Source: Flavobacteriales bacterium
GTDB taxonomy: Bacteria > Bacteroidota > Bacteroidia > Flavobacteriales_C > GCA-002722245
Reading direction: 5' to 3'
DNA: 64,000 bases
Assembly (NCBI GenBank): GCA_023251075.1
Contig: JAHEZM010000001.1
Coordinates: forward strand, 145,482-209,481
Of this stretch, positions 48,495 to 58,553 are shown piece by piece (position 1 is the stretch's first letter; every line of letters begins with the position of its first letter). Under the pieces are notes generated by a model, which made no database searches, was not told the DNA's origin, and saw nothing but the letters and a program-made list of their open reading frames with translations. Both the position numbers and the translations under genes were made by a program.

Positions 48495-50983
48495 TCTGCA
48501 GCTCTTTTTTGATCACGCATTGTTTCAAATTTCACGGTAGGATCTTTTTCTTCCGGCGCATTAATGAAATGGCCAAAACGTTTTTGAAAATCAGGATTCT
48601 CCACTACTTCGCGCCATTCACATTTGTAATTATCTACGAGTGATTGCATTTCTTTTTCCCATTCTTCGGCCATGCCCAGACTGTCATTGATCACTACATT
48701 TTTCAAATAATCAATTCCACCTTCCATCTTGTTTAGCCATGTGGCTGTGCGATTCAGAGGTTCAGCCGTTTTGATATAGAACATTAAAAATCTATCAATG
48801 TATTTGATACAAGTTTCACTATCCAGGTCAGTAGCCAGTAACAATGCATGTTGTGGTTTTGAACCACCATTTCCACACACATATAAATTCCAGCCTTTTT
48901 CGGTGGCGATAATTCCAAAATCTTTTGATTGCGCTTCAGCACATTCGCGAATACAACCTGAAACTGCCGATTTAATTTTATGCGGAGCGCGCAATCCGCG
49001 GTAGCGTTCTTCAATGCGAATGGCATAGCTAACACTATCGTGTAAACCATAACGACACCAAGTAGAACCTACACAGCTTTTCACAGTACGCAAAGCTTTT
49101 CCATAAGCATGTCCGCTTTCAAATCCTGCGTCAATCAATAACTTCCAGATGGCGGGAAGATCGCCCACATGTGCACCAAATAAATCAATTCTTTGTCCAC
49201 CTGTAATTTTAGTGTACAGATTATATTGTTTTGCCACCTCACCAATCACAATCAATTTATCGGGTGTAATTTCTCCGCCTGGAATTCTTGGAACGATAGA
49301 ATAAGTCCCGCCTTTTTGAAGGTTAGCGAGAAAGCGATCGTTGGAATCTTGTGCGGTATCATTTCCTTTTTTCAAAATCAGTTCATTCCATAAACTCGCA
49401 AGGATAGAAGAAACCAAAGGCTTACAAACCTCGCAGCCATCGCCTTTTCCATGCGTAGTTAAAACATCATCGTAAGTTTTAAGCTGGTTGATTTTAGTGA
49501 GATTGTACAACTCCTGGCGACTAAAATCAAAATGTTCGCAAATCACATTGCGAACATATTTTCCTTGCGCTTTCATGGTATGCACCATGAGGTCTTTCAC
49601 CATAGGCACACAACCACCGCAACCTGTTCCTGCTTTGGTACAGGCTTTTATTTTATCTACTGTTTCGGCGCCGTCAATCACCGCATCACAAATATTTTTT
49701 TTACTTACACTTTCGCAACTACACACATGAGCATCATCGGGAAGACTTAATACGCCAGCTCCTCCAGCAGATTCACCACCACGTGAACCGAGAATCAAAT
49801 CTTCAGGATTTGGAGGCAACACTATTTTATTCTTGCAGGTTTGCAGCAACATATTATATTGCTCGGCATCGCCTACGAGTATGCCACCCAACAATTCTTT
49901 TCCGTCTTTAGAAATATTGATACGCTTATATATTCCCTTGTTCGCATCTTCATATACAATGTGGCGCGCATCGGCAGCAGAAATAAAAGGATCACCAAAA
50001 CTTGCCACATCAATACCGATGAGTTTGAGTTTGGTACTCATATCAAAACCGGTAAATTCTTTTTCGCCGCTGCACAAATAAGTAGCCACTACCTCCGCCA
50101 TTTCATAGCCCGGCGCAACGAGTCCGTAAATCATTCCCTGATACAAAGCACATTCGCCAATGGCAAAAATAAACGGGTCGGTAGTTTGCAACTTTTCATT
50201 TACAGTGATTCCACCGCGCGGACCGGTTTCCAATCCGCAATTTTTTGCCAGCTCATCGCGCGGTTTAATACCCGCGGAGATCACCAGCATATCTACATCA
50301 ATAGAAGAGCCGTTGGCAAAAAGCATTTTGGAAATGGCTTTCTCGCCCTCAATTTTAGTGGTGTTGGTATTGGTGAGGATAGTCAAACCCAAACTTTCTA
50401 ATTTTGATTTTAACAAGGCTGAACCTGCATCGTCAATTTGCCGAGGCATCAATCGCGAAGCAAATTCTATAACATGAGTATCGTTAATTCCTAAATCGAT
50501 CATGGCTTTCGCTGCTTCCAATCCGAGCAAACCACCACCAATCACCGCTCCTTTTTTTGCTTTAGGTGCGTAATCGCGAATCATTTCCAAATCTTCAATG
50601 GTGCGGTAAACAAAAACTCCGTCTTTTTCTACGCCGGGAATAGAAGGAACAAAAGCAGCGGAACCGGTAGCCAGGATAAGGTAATCGTAAGATTCTGTTA
50701 TTCCTTTGAAAGAAGTAACTGTTTTATTAGAGCGGTCAATTTTTTGAACCGGATCTGATAAATGCAATTTTATTCCGTTTTCAGTGTACCAGTTTACTCC
50801 TGCCATGCTTAAATCTTCGGCCGACTTTCCGGCAAAAAATTCACTCAGATGAACTCTATCATAAGCCGGTCGGATTTCTTCACCAAAAACAACCAATTCT
50901 ATTTTTTTGGTAGAACTTTTGGCCAGAAGTTTTTCGCAAAACTTATATCCCACCATTCCATTTCCAACAACAACTATTTTCAT
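48485..50983 (-). CDS. nirB: Nitrite reductase (NADH) large subunit
   Basis: GNGMVG, YDRVHLS, GGGLLGLEAA, CGGC, CVGSTWC and SGCIREC siroheme/Fe-S ligands. Confidence 0.96.
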   Translation of the reverse strand: MKIVVVGNGMVGYKFCEKLLAKSSTKKIELVVFGEEIRPAYDRVHLSEFFAGKSAEDLSMAGVNWYTENGIKLHLSDPVQKIDRSNKTVTSFKGITESYDYLILATGSAAFVPSIPGVEKDGVFVYRTIEDLEMIRDYAPKAKKGAVIGGGLLGLEAAKAMIDLGINDTHVIEFASRLMPRQIDDAGSALLKSKLESLGLTILTNTNTTKIEGEKAISKMLFANGSSIDVDMLVISAGIKPRDELAKNCGLETGPRGGITVNEKLQTTDPFIFAIGECALYQGMIYGLVAPGYEMAEVVATYLCSGEKEFTGFDMSTKLKLIGIDVASFGDPFISAADARHIVYEDANKGIYKRINISKDGKELLGGILVGDAEQYNMLLQTCKNKIVLPPNPEDLILGSRGGESAGGAGVLSLPDDAHVCSCESVSKKNICDAVIDGAETVDKIKACTKAGTGCGGCVPMVKDLMVHTMKAQGKYVRNVICEHFDFSRQELYNLTKINQLKTYDDVLTTHGKGDGCEVCKPLVSSILASLWNELILKKGNDTAQDSNDRFLANLQKGGTYSIVPRIPGGEITPDKLIVIGEVAKQYNLYTKITGGQRIDLFGAHVGDLPAIWKLLIDAGFESGHAYGKALRTVKSCVGSTWCRYGLHDSVSYAIRIEERYRGLRAPHKIKSAVSGCIRECAEAQSKDFGIIATEKGWNLYVCGNGGSKPQHALLLATDLDSETCIKYIDRFLMFYIKTAEPLNRTATWLNKMEGGIDYLKNVVINDSLGMAEEWEKEMQSLVDNYKCEWREVVENPDFQKRFGHFINAPEEKDPTVKFETMRDQKRAAEWK

Positions 50984-51101
50984 ATATTTTAAAGATGGTT
51001 TTTCAAAAAAAAGTGCAAAATTAGTACATTCAACTGCCGATTAGAAATAAGAATCGTTATTTTGTTTTGAACAAAGTGCTGCATTTTGTTGATATATTAT
51101 T

Positions 51102-52529
51102 TTACTGCATTTTAAAATTTGTAGACAGAGAAATATCCTGTTTAACACCACTTTTATCTTCAAACTGTTTTTTACTAAAAACATCATCTCTCATTTCCGG
51201 TTTTAAAAAAAGAGGCTCTCCCTTAAGTGATTCTCCATGCTGAGAAATATCTAGTCCCAATTCTTCCGATTCTTCTGTTACCCTTAATGGAATAATGATA
51301 TTGGTTAGTTTATACAAAATAATTGCACCAAAAAAAGTGAATGCAGAAACAATCACAAGAGCTGCCATCGAAAGCAGAAAATCTTCAGTTCCTCCGTAAA
51401 TCAATCCTTTGTTTTTTGCGAAAACCGCAGTACAAATCATGCCCATAATACCACCTACACCGTGACAAGCAAAGACATCCAAAGTATCATCTACTTTTTT
51501 CAATGCTTTCCAATTCACCATTAAATTCGAAACAATACTTGAAACAAATCCAATGAAAACAGCTTGCGGAATAGTAACAAAGCCTGCCGCAGGTGTAATT
51601 GCTACCAAACCCACCACCGCACCAATGCAAGCACCTAAAGCAGAAACTTTTCTTCCATTAATTCTATCAAAGAAAATCCATGTGAGCATCGCAATTGCCG
51701 ATGCTGTATTGGTAGTTGCAAAAGCCATTGCTGCAATACCATTTGCTGCCAAAGCAGAACCCGCATTGAATCCAAACCAACCAAACCACAACATACCTGT
51801 TCCCAAAATCACAAAAGGAATATTGGTGGGAATGTGTTGTGACAATCTCCTTTTTCCTAAAACTATTGCTCCTGCTAATGCAGCAAAACCAGCCGACATA
51901 TGAACTACTGTTCCTCCGGCAAAATCAAGAACATGGAAGGTATTCAACAATAAACCATCGGGATGCCAAACCATATGACACAACGGAGCATAAATAATTA
52001 AACTGAATAAGCAGATGAATAATAAGTAAGAAATAAATCTTACTCTTTCTGCAAAAGAACCAGTAATTAATGCGGGAGTGATGATTGCAAATTTCAATTG
52101 AAACATAGCAAACAAAACAAAAGGAATTGAAGTAGCCATTTTAGAATGTGGTGCAGCGCCAACATTATTGAACATGAAATAAGTACTTGGATTACCAATG
52201 ATACCCCAACCATTTAAATCATCTCCAAAAGCCAAACTAAAACCTAGCAACACCCAAATCACACTCACCACTCCCAAACAAATTAAACTTTGCAGCATGG
52301 TTGAAATAACACTTTTTGCTCCCACCATTCCACCGTAGAAATACGACAAGCCTGGTGTCATCAACAACACCAAACATGCTGAGGTCAACATCCATGCAAC
52401 ATCAGCAAAAACGATAGTATCTGATGATGCCTCTTGAGCTGGCGTAGCAAAATATTCCCAAAACAATGCAAGTAAGGATACTGCAACAATCAGGAAAAAG
52501 GAGACCACCCATCTTTTTTCAATTTTCAT
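51102..52529 (-). CDS. amtB: Ammonium transporter
   Basis: FYGGMV, DFAGGTVVH, LWFGWFGFNAGS and DDTLDVFACHG motifs. Confidence 0.95.
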   Translation of the reverse strand: MKIEKRWVVSFFLIVAVSLLALFWEYFATPAQEASSDTIVFADVAWMLTSACLVLLMTPGLSYFYGGMVGAKSVISTMLQSLICLGVVSVIWVLLGFSLAFGDDLNGWGIIGNPSTYFMFNNVGAAPHSKMATSIPFVLFAMFQLKFAIITPALITGSFAERVRFISYLLFICLFSLIIYAPLCHMVWHPDGLLLNTFHVLDFAGGTVVHMSAGFAALAGAIVLGKRRLSQHIPTNIPFVILGTGMLWFGWFGFNAGSALAANGIAAMAFATTNTASAIAMLTWIFFDRINGRKVSALGACIGAVVGLVAITPAAGFVTIPQAVFIGFVSSIVSNLMVNWKALKKVDDTLDVFACHGVGGIMGMICTAVFAKNKGLIYGGTEDFLLSMAALVIVSAFTFFGAIILYKLTNIIIPLRVTEESEELGLDISQHGESLKGEPLFLKPEMRDDVFSKKQFEDKSGVKQDISLSTNFKMQ

Positions 52530-52813
52530 GACTTTGATTTATTCTAGTTTAGATTTTTTTAAGTTGTTGATACCTGTTAAAAACCACTTGGCGAAAGTGC
52601 AACTAGAATGATAAGTAAAAAACAAAAAGGCACTGACAAAGCCTGTATTTTTGTGGAAAATACGTACTGACTAAACACGTACTATATGATAAAAATTCTA
52701 AAAATTGTTTTTTCTTAAAGCGATAGAATTGTGGAATAATCTTTGGTTTGAATAATTTAATTGATTTCGTATTCCCTTTTCCGTATTTTTATCGATATAC
52801 TTAATTTTATTGT

Positions 52814-53263
52814 ATGAAGAATTTAATTGGATTAATCTTAATTGCATTTGTTTCGATGAGTGCTACATGGAGTAATGGAGTGGTAGTGGTGCGCACCGAC
52901 GGGCTATACTCCAGTAAAGTGATCAACAACAATGACTCTTCAAAAACGACAGAATACCATTTCATTAAATTTTCTGCAGACGGAAAAGCCAAAACATATA
53001 TTTTACCAACCAACGACGCAGCGAAAGCAGCATCCTTAGCACAATCCTCAGCTCAGCCCAATTTTGCGGGAGAATATCGCATTCATGAAAACAATGTAGT
53101 ATATCGTTCCAACAACTCTATAGATAAAACAACGGCTCCCCGCATTAATCTTTTTACCTTATACAACGGAACACTAGAACAAAACGGAACAATTAATTTC
53201 ACTTTAAACTTTACCAACGGAAGTTCAAACACTGCTACATTTGAATTTCAACCTTTCAAGTAA
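52814..53263 (+). CDS. Exported hypothetical protein
   Basis: Signal peptide; beta-rich; first gene of a tightly packed + strand run. Confidence 0.65.
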   Translation: MKNLIGLILIAFVSMSATWSNGVVVVRTDGLYSSKVINNNDSSKTTEYHFIKFSADGKAKTYILPTNDAAKAASLAQSSAQPNFAGEYRIHENNVVYRSNNSIDKTTAPRINLFTLYNGTLEQNGTINFTLNFTNGSSNTATFEFQPFK

Positions 53264-53269
53264 AATGGC

Positions 53270-54286
53270 ATGAAACAACGGGTATGGGGATTAATAATTC
53301 CTTTAATTTTATTGACTTTTAGTGGATTAGCTCAAAAATATGTTTTAGCTCCACCTACCAAAATAAAATGGATTTCATTTAATGAATTAGCCAACTATCA
53401 ACAACAAGAAAAAAGACCTGTTTTAATTGATGTTTATACCGATTGGTGCGGATGGTGTAAAAAACTAGATGTTACTACTTATGCCGATCCCAACATCATC
53501 AATTATGTGAATCAAAGTTTCTATGCTATTAAATTTGATGCTGAAACACATGATACCATTACTTATTTAGGTATTAAATATTTCAATAAAAATGCAGCTA
53601 AAAAATCTACTCACGATCTGGCTGTTCATTTAATGGGTAACAATCTTTCTTATCCAACCAGTATTTTTCTAAACAAAGAAAGTAATCCGGCCTTGGTGGT
53701 ACCCGGTTATCAGGAGTCAAACGATATGGCTCCTTTCCTGGTTTATTTTGCGGAAAACCTGCAAAACACGGCCAACATAAATGATTTCAATGCCGATTTC
53801 CATAAAGCTTTTGGTGGTACTAAAAATGATTCTATCGCGATCAATTGGATGCCTTTAAATCAAGCCTTGATACTTCAAAAAATTAAACCTAAAAAACTCT
53901 TTGTTCATTTAAAAAATAGCAACGTTATTAGTGATCGCGTAATGAGCAATTCTACATTGGTATCCAATGATGTTATTAATGAATTAAATAAAAACTACTA
54001 CTGTATTGACTTTGATGTATATTCTGCCGACACTATCAGTTTTCAAAACAACTTATTTGTAAATGCCAATCCCGGAATTGAAATTCATCAATTTGCTAAA
54101 GGATTACTGCAAAACGAAGTAGGATTTCCCGCTGTAGTTATTTTGAATGAACAACAATTGGTGTTAGCACCCATTAAGCAATACCTCACACATGATCACT
54201 TAGTCGCATTATTAGTGTATTTCAAAGAGGATATTTACAAAACAAAATCCTTTGCCGAGTTCGCTAAAGAAAGGTATGGGAAATAA
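53270..54286 (+). CDS. Exported tandem thioredoxin-fold (DUF255-like) protein
   Basis: Domain 1 has YTDWCGWCK and YPT. Domain 2 is a similar repeat with no CxxC. Confidence 0.82.
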   Translation: MKQRVWGLIIPLILLTFSGLAQKYVLAPPTKIKWISFNELANYQQQEKRPVLIDVYTDWCGWCKKLDVTTYADPNIINYVNQSFYAIKFDAETHDTITYLGIKYFNKNAAKKSTHDLAVHLMGNNLSYPTSIFLNKESNPALVVPGYQESNDMAPFLVYFAENLQNTANINDFNADFHKAFGGTKNDSIAINWMPLNQALILQKIKPKKLFVHLKNSNVISDRVMSNSTLVSNDVINELNKNYYCIDFDVYSADTISFQNNLFVNANPGIEIHQFAKGLLQNEVGFPAVVILNEQQLVLAPIKQYLTHDHLVALLVYFKEDIYKTKSFAEFAKERYGK

Positions 54287-54319
54287 GCATAATTCCCCCT
54301 GCACCTTAAACTTTTTTCC

Positions 54320-54327
54320 TACCTTTG
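54320..54327 (+). promoter_or_regulatory. Putative -7 promoter element for the dapD operon
   Basis: TACCTTTG (TAnnTTTG) 22 nt upstream of ATG 54350. Confidence 0.55.
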
Positions 54328-54349
54328 GCGCTTAATTTTTTTATTGATA

Positions 54350-55513
54350 ATGGAAACAGTAGTTGACTTTAAAGAATATGTAGCTTCCGTTGAAGCTCGT
54401 CCTGGTTACAAAAAACCTCTTGCCTTTGGCCTCGGTATCAGAAGAACAAAAAATGGAAAAACGCTGGATGTATCTTATCCTGTTGTTAATTTCAACGAAA
54501 ATTTTGGAACTGCAGCAGTGTTGATCGATGTACTTAAAGTAAGCGAATACAAAAACTCTCTTTTTTCTATAACATTAGAAAATCTAAGTGAAATTTACTC
54601 TCACTTCTCCCCTTTTCACAACGATAACAACAAACACCCAAACCTTGAAACGATTAATGCTTTAATAGATAATTATACCACATCAAACGGATATGCCAAT
54701 ATTGAAATAATGGTGTATTTCCTTTTTGATCAATCGTTGCCTGTTGAAAATGCAGAAGAAGCTTATTTCAAATTGCATTGCTTATCTACCAGAAAAGCTG
54801 AGCCGCATTCATTAAATTTAGATGGATTGTTTGCAAAACTTCAAAATGTAGCATGGACCAATAAAGGTCCTATGTTACCGGAAGATGTTGCTGTTGAATC
54901 GGTAAAACACATTGGTTCACATTCTCCGTTAATTGTATCTCATGTAGATAAATTTCCATATATGATCAATTACCATATTCCTAGTGGAATTCGTATTGCT
55001 TCTGGTTCTCAGGTTCGTTTAGGTGCATATTTGGGTGAAGGAACTACCGTAATGCCATCGGGTTATATCAATTTCAACGCAGGTACAAAAGGCAACACAA
55101 TGGTGGAAGGAAGAATTTCGGCTGGTGTTGTAGTAGATAAAGATTCTGATGTAGGTGGTGGTGCTTCTATTATGGGAACTCTTTCCGGAGGAAATAAAAA
55201 AGTAATTTCTATCGGACAAAAATCATTGTTGGGAGCGAACTCAGGAACAGGTATTTCTTTAGGATTTGGTTGTACCATAGCGGCAGGTGTTTATGTAACT
55301 GCCGGATCAAAAGTATTTTTATACAACCAAAATAACGAAGCGGTTAATTTAAATAATGAAGTAGTAAAAGAGGGAGAAAATATTGTAAAAGGAATTGATT
55401 TAAGCGGAAAAGATAAATTACTATTTATTATGGATACAGCGAAAGGAAGATTGGTGTGCAAGCCAAATCCAAAAACCATTGAATTGAATTCAACGCTCCA
55501 TCATAACGACTAA
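54350..55513 (+). CDS. dapD: Tetrahydrodipicolinate N-succinyltransferase, long (Helicobacter/Pseudomonas/actinobacterial-like) type
   Basis: VDKFP, VRLGAYLGEGTTVM, NFNAGT, MVEGRISAGV, DVGGGASIMGTLSGG and terminal LNSTLH motifs. Confidence 0.9.
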   Translation: METVVDFKEYVASVEARPGYKKPLAFGLGIRRTKNGKTLDVSYPVVNFNENFGTAAVLIDVLKVSEYKNSLFSITLENLSEIYSHFSPFHNDNNKHPNLETINALIDNYTTSNGYANIEIMVYFLFDQSLPVENAEEAYFKLHCLSTRKAEPHSLNLDGLFAKLQNVAWTNKGPMLPEDVAVESVKHIGSHSPLIVSHVDKFPYMINYHIPSGIRIASGSQVRLGAYLGEGTTVMPSGYINFNAGTKGNTMVEGRISAGVVVDKDSDVGGGASIMGTLSGGNKKVISIGQKSLLGANSGTGISLGFGCTIAAGVYVTAGSKVFLYNQNNEAVNLNNEVVKEGENIVKGIDLSGKDKLLFIMDTAKGRLVCKPNPKTIELNSTLHHND

Positions 55514-55523
55514 AAATTAATCT

Positions 55524-56768
55524 ATGGTAAATCAATTAAAAAGTGCTTTAAGCATTGCCTTCCTATTGGCTTTCAAAATAGCTTTTACACAGGATTCATT
55601 GGTTTATGTAGATGGCAGTAAGTACTACGGTCCCCTATCCAACGGCCAGCCTAACGGCAAAGGAAAAATAATTTTTACCGATGGAAGTTCTTATGAGGGC
55701 GATTTTGTAAATAATACCAGAACAGGAAAAGGTACAAGCAAATGGAATAACGGTGACTCATACACAGGTGATTTTATTTCAAACGTTAGAACAGGATCAG
55801 GTACCTACAAATACAAAACAGGAGAAATTTATATTGGTCAGTTTTTAAACAACACTTTTGAAGGAACAGGAACCTTTACTTACACTGATGGATCAAATTA
55901 CACTGGTTCATGGAAAAACAATCTTCATGAAGGTAAAGGAAAAGAAGCCTGGCCCGACCAATCTTTCTACGAAGGAGATTTTGTAAACGGAGAAAGAGAA
56001 GGTAATGGTACTTTCCATTATGCAGATGGATCTATTTACATTGGTCAGTGGAAAAAAGGAGAACAGCATGGAAAAGGAACTTTGAATTGGAATGGCGGAG
56101 ATACTTACGAAGGAGATTGGATCGTTGGTAAAAAAGATGGGAGCGGTACTTTAAAATATAAATCAGGTGAAGTGTATAACGGTCAGTTTTCAAAAGATGT
56201 TCAAAATGGAGAAGGAACATATAAAATGTTAGACGGAAGTATTTTTATCGGAACTTTTGCAAATGGAAAAGTAAATGGTTTTGGAAAAATGACTTATGCC
56301 GACGGAGCTATTTATGAAGGAAATTGGGTGGATGATATATGGAATGGACAAGGAAAATATACCTGGATCAATGGTGATACACACAATGGAAATTACAAGA
56401 ATGGAAAAAAAGATGGACCCGGTGTTTATAAATGGGCAGAAGGAAGTGAAATGACTTGTACTTACCTGAACGACGCTCAGATTGGAAAATGTACCATTAA
56501 ATATAAAAACGGAAATGTATTTGAAGGAAATGCTGAAAACGGTATTCTCACCGGAACAGGAACAATGAAATATTCTGAAGGATCTGTTTATGTTGGAGAA
56601 TGGAAAAATGATAACCTTAACGGAAAAGGAATTTTAACCTGGTCGTCGGGCGATAAATATGAAGGGGATTGGGTGAACGGAAAAATGGAAGGATTAGGAA
56701 GATTCACTTATAAAAATGGCACTATACAAGAAGGAGAATATAAAAACAATCAATACGTAACAAAGTGA
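55524..56768 (+). CDS. Exported MORN-repeat protein
   Basis: Signal peptide followed by roughly 16-17 23-aa YxGxW/F...GxGxxxxxxG repeats. Confidence 0.92.
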   Translation: MVNQLKSALSIAFLLAFKIAFTQDSLVYVDGSKYYGPLSNGQPNGKGKIIFTDGSSYEGDFVNNTRTGKGTSKWNNGDSYTGDFISNVRTGSGTYKYKTGEIYIGQFLNNTFEGTGTFTYTDGSNYTGSWKNNLHEGKGKEAWPDQSFYEGDFVNGEREGNGTFHYADGSIYIGQWKKGEQHGKGTLNWNGGDTYEGDWIVGKKDGSGTLKYKSGEVYNGQFSKDVQNGEGTYKMLDGSIFIGTFANGKVNGFGKMTYADGAIYEGNWVDDIWNGQGKYTWINGDTHNGNYKNGKKDGPGVYKWAEGSEMTCTYLNDAQIGKCTIKYKNGNVFEGNAENGILTGTGTMKYSEGSVYVGEWKNDNLNGKGILTWSSGDKYEGDWVNGKMEGLGRFTYKNGTIQEGEYKNNQYVTK

Positions 56769-57973
56769 GCGATTTCAAAACAATATTAAGTTCAGGTAAA
56801 GAAGCATCTCCACAACGTTTTCACCCATGGGTTTTTTCAGGAGCAATAAAAAAAACTCGTCGCCACAGCGATAATAAAGAAGTTGAACCGGAAGATGGCG
56901 ATGTGGTTACGGTATACTCTAACAAAGATGAATATTTAGGTACTGGTCATTACCAAAACAATTCTTCCATCGCTATTCGAATTTTTACTTTCGAACAAGA
57001 ACCCATCGATCAGAATTTTTGGAATAAAAGAATTCTAAATGCTTACCAATATCGCCAGTTGATTGGTGTTTGCAACGAAGAAACCAACATCTACCGATTG
57101 GTTCATGCAGAAGGTGATTTGTTGCCGGGTTTAATTATCGATGTGTATGGAAATACTGCCGTTATTCAAGCACATTCTATTGGCATGTATTTGTCGCTCG
57201 AACAAATTAAAATTGCTCTTAAAAATGCATTAGGTGATAAGCTGCAATGTATCTTCCAAAAAAGTAAAGAAACTCTTCCAAAAGATTATGCTCAGAAAAT
57301 TGAAAATGGATATTTATTAAAAGATGCTGAACCTTCTAAACAAGCTTTAGAATATGGAAACTCGTTTAATATCAGTTGGGAAGACGGACAAAAAACAGGC
57401 TTCTTTGTGGATCAACGAGAAAACCGGTTTTTATTAGGCAAATATTCTAAAGGCAAAAATGTATTGAATACTTTCTGTTATTCTGGCGGATTCTCTGTTT
57501 ATGCTTTAAAAGCTGGGGCCAATTTAGTACATAGCGTTGATTCCTCTGTAAAAGCAATGGATTTGGTGGATCAAAATGTTGCCTTAAATCCCAGCACCGG
57601 AAAACATCAATCTTTTACTGCCGATACTTTCGATTTTTTAGAAAAAAATGATTGCTCCATTTACGATGTTGTTATTCTTGATCCTCCTGCATTCGCAAAA
57701 CATCACAATGTAAAACACAATGCCGTTCAGGGATACAAAAGGTTAAACATGACTGCATTGAAACAAATGAAATCGGGAAGTATTCTTTTCACCTTCTCTT
57801 GTTCTCAAGCCATTGATATGCCTTTGTTCTACGGAACAATTCTTTCTGCCGCTATTCAAGCTGGCAAAAAAATAAGAGTGATGCATCAGTTATCACAACC
57901 TGCCGATCATCCGATTAATATCTTTCACCAGGAAAGTTCTTATTTAAAAGGATTGGTATTGGAAGTAGAATAA
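56765..57973 (+). CDS. rlmI: RlmI/RlmK-like 23S rRNA m5C methyltransferase
   Basis: HPWVFSG, EGDLLPGLIID, GQKTGFFVDQRENR, LDPPAF and FSCS motifs. Confidence 0.85.
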   Translation: MSDFKTILSSGKEASPQRFHPWVFSGAIKKTRRHSDNKEVEPEDGDVVTVYSNKDEYLGTGHYQNNSSIAIRIFTFEQEPIDQNFWNKRILNAYQYRQLIGVCNEETNIYRLVHAEGDLLPGLIIDVYGNTAVIQAHSIGMYLSLEQIKIALKNALGDKLQCIFQKSKETLPKDYAQKIENGYLLKDAEPSKQALEYGNSFNISWEDGQKTGFFVDQRENRFLLGKYSKGKNVLNTFCYSGGFSVYALKAGANLVHSVDSSVKAMDLVDQNVALNPSTGKHQSFTADTFDFLEKNDCSIYDVVILDPPAFAKHHNVKHNAVQGYKRLNMTALKQMKSGSILFTFSCSQAIDMPLFYGTILSAAIQAGKKIRVMHQLSQPADHPINIFHQESSYLKGLVLEVE

Positions 57974-57975
57974 TA

Positions 57976-58533
57976 ATGGCTGCTGAAAAACCAAAAAGCT
58001 ATTGTGAGGTAGTAGTTGATTTTACTGCTACTAATTTGCATAAACAATATCACGATAAAGCTTACGGTTTTCCAATCGACAACGACAATGAACTATTTGA
58101 AAGATTAGTTTTAGAAATCAATCAAGCCGGCTTAAGCTGGAACACTATTCTTTTGAAACAAGAAAATTTCAAAAAAGCATACCACCAATTCAATATTAAA
58201 AAAGTAGCTCAGTACAAAGAAAAAGATCGCAAACGACTGCTGCAGGATGCCGGAATAATTCGCAACAGATTAAAAATAGATGCCGCTATTCACAATGCTA
58301 AAGTGATTATTGATTTACAGAAAGAATTTGGATCATTTAAACAATGGCTGGATCATCACCACCCAAAAACCAAAGAAGAATGGGTAAAGCTTTTTAAAAA
58401 AACTTTCAAATTTACTGGCGGTGAAATCGTAAATGAATTTTTGATGAGCATTGGATACTTAAAAGGAGCACACACTCCAAACTGTCCTATCTACTTGAAA
58501 GTAGAGAGTTTCAATCCGAAATGGATGAAATAA
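57976..58533 (+). CDS. tag: DNA-3-methyladenine glycosylase I
   Basis: YHD..YG, LFERLVLE..QAGLSW, IIRNRLKI, FKFTG and H...C motifs. Confidence 0.92.
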   Translation: MAAEKPKSYCEVVVDFTATNLHKQYHDKAYGFPIDNDNELFERLVLEINQAGLSWNTILLKQENFKKAYHQFNIKKVAQYKEKDRKRLLQDAGIIRNRLKIDAAIHNAKVIIDLQKEFGSFKQWLDHHHPKTKEEWVKLFKKTFKFTGGEIVNEFLMSIGYLKGAHTPNCPIYLKVESFNPKWMK

Positions 58534-58553
58534 ATTCGTAGTTGTGTTAAGTA

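Noticed and set aside
51050-51080. ATCGTTAT upstream of nirB as a second ModE box
   Set aside because: Only a half-site is present, with no partner half at the 12-nt spacing.
55600-56760. Periodic DNA repeats suggesting a tandem array
   Set aside because: They are explained by protein-level MORN repeats with divergent codons.
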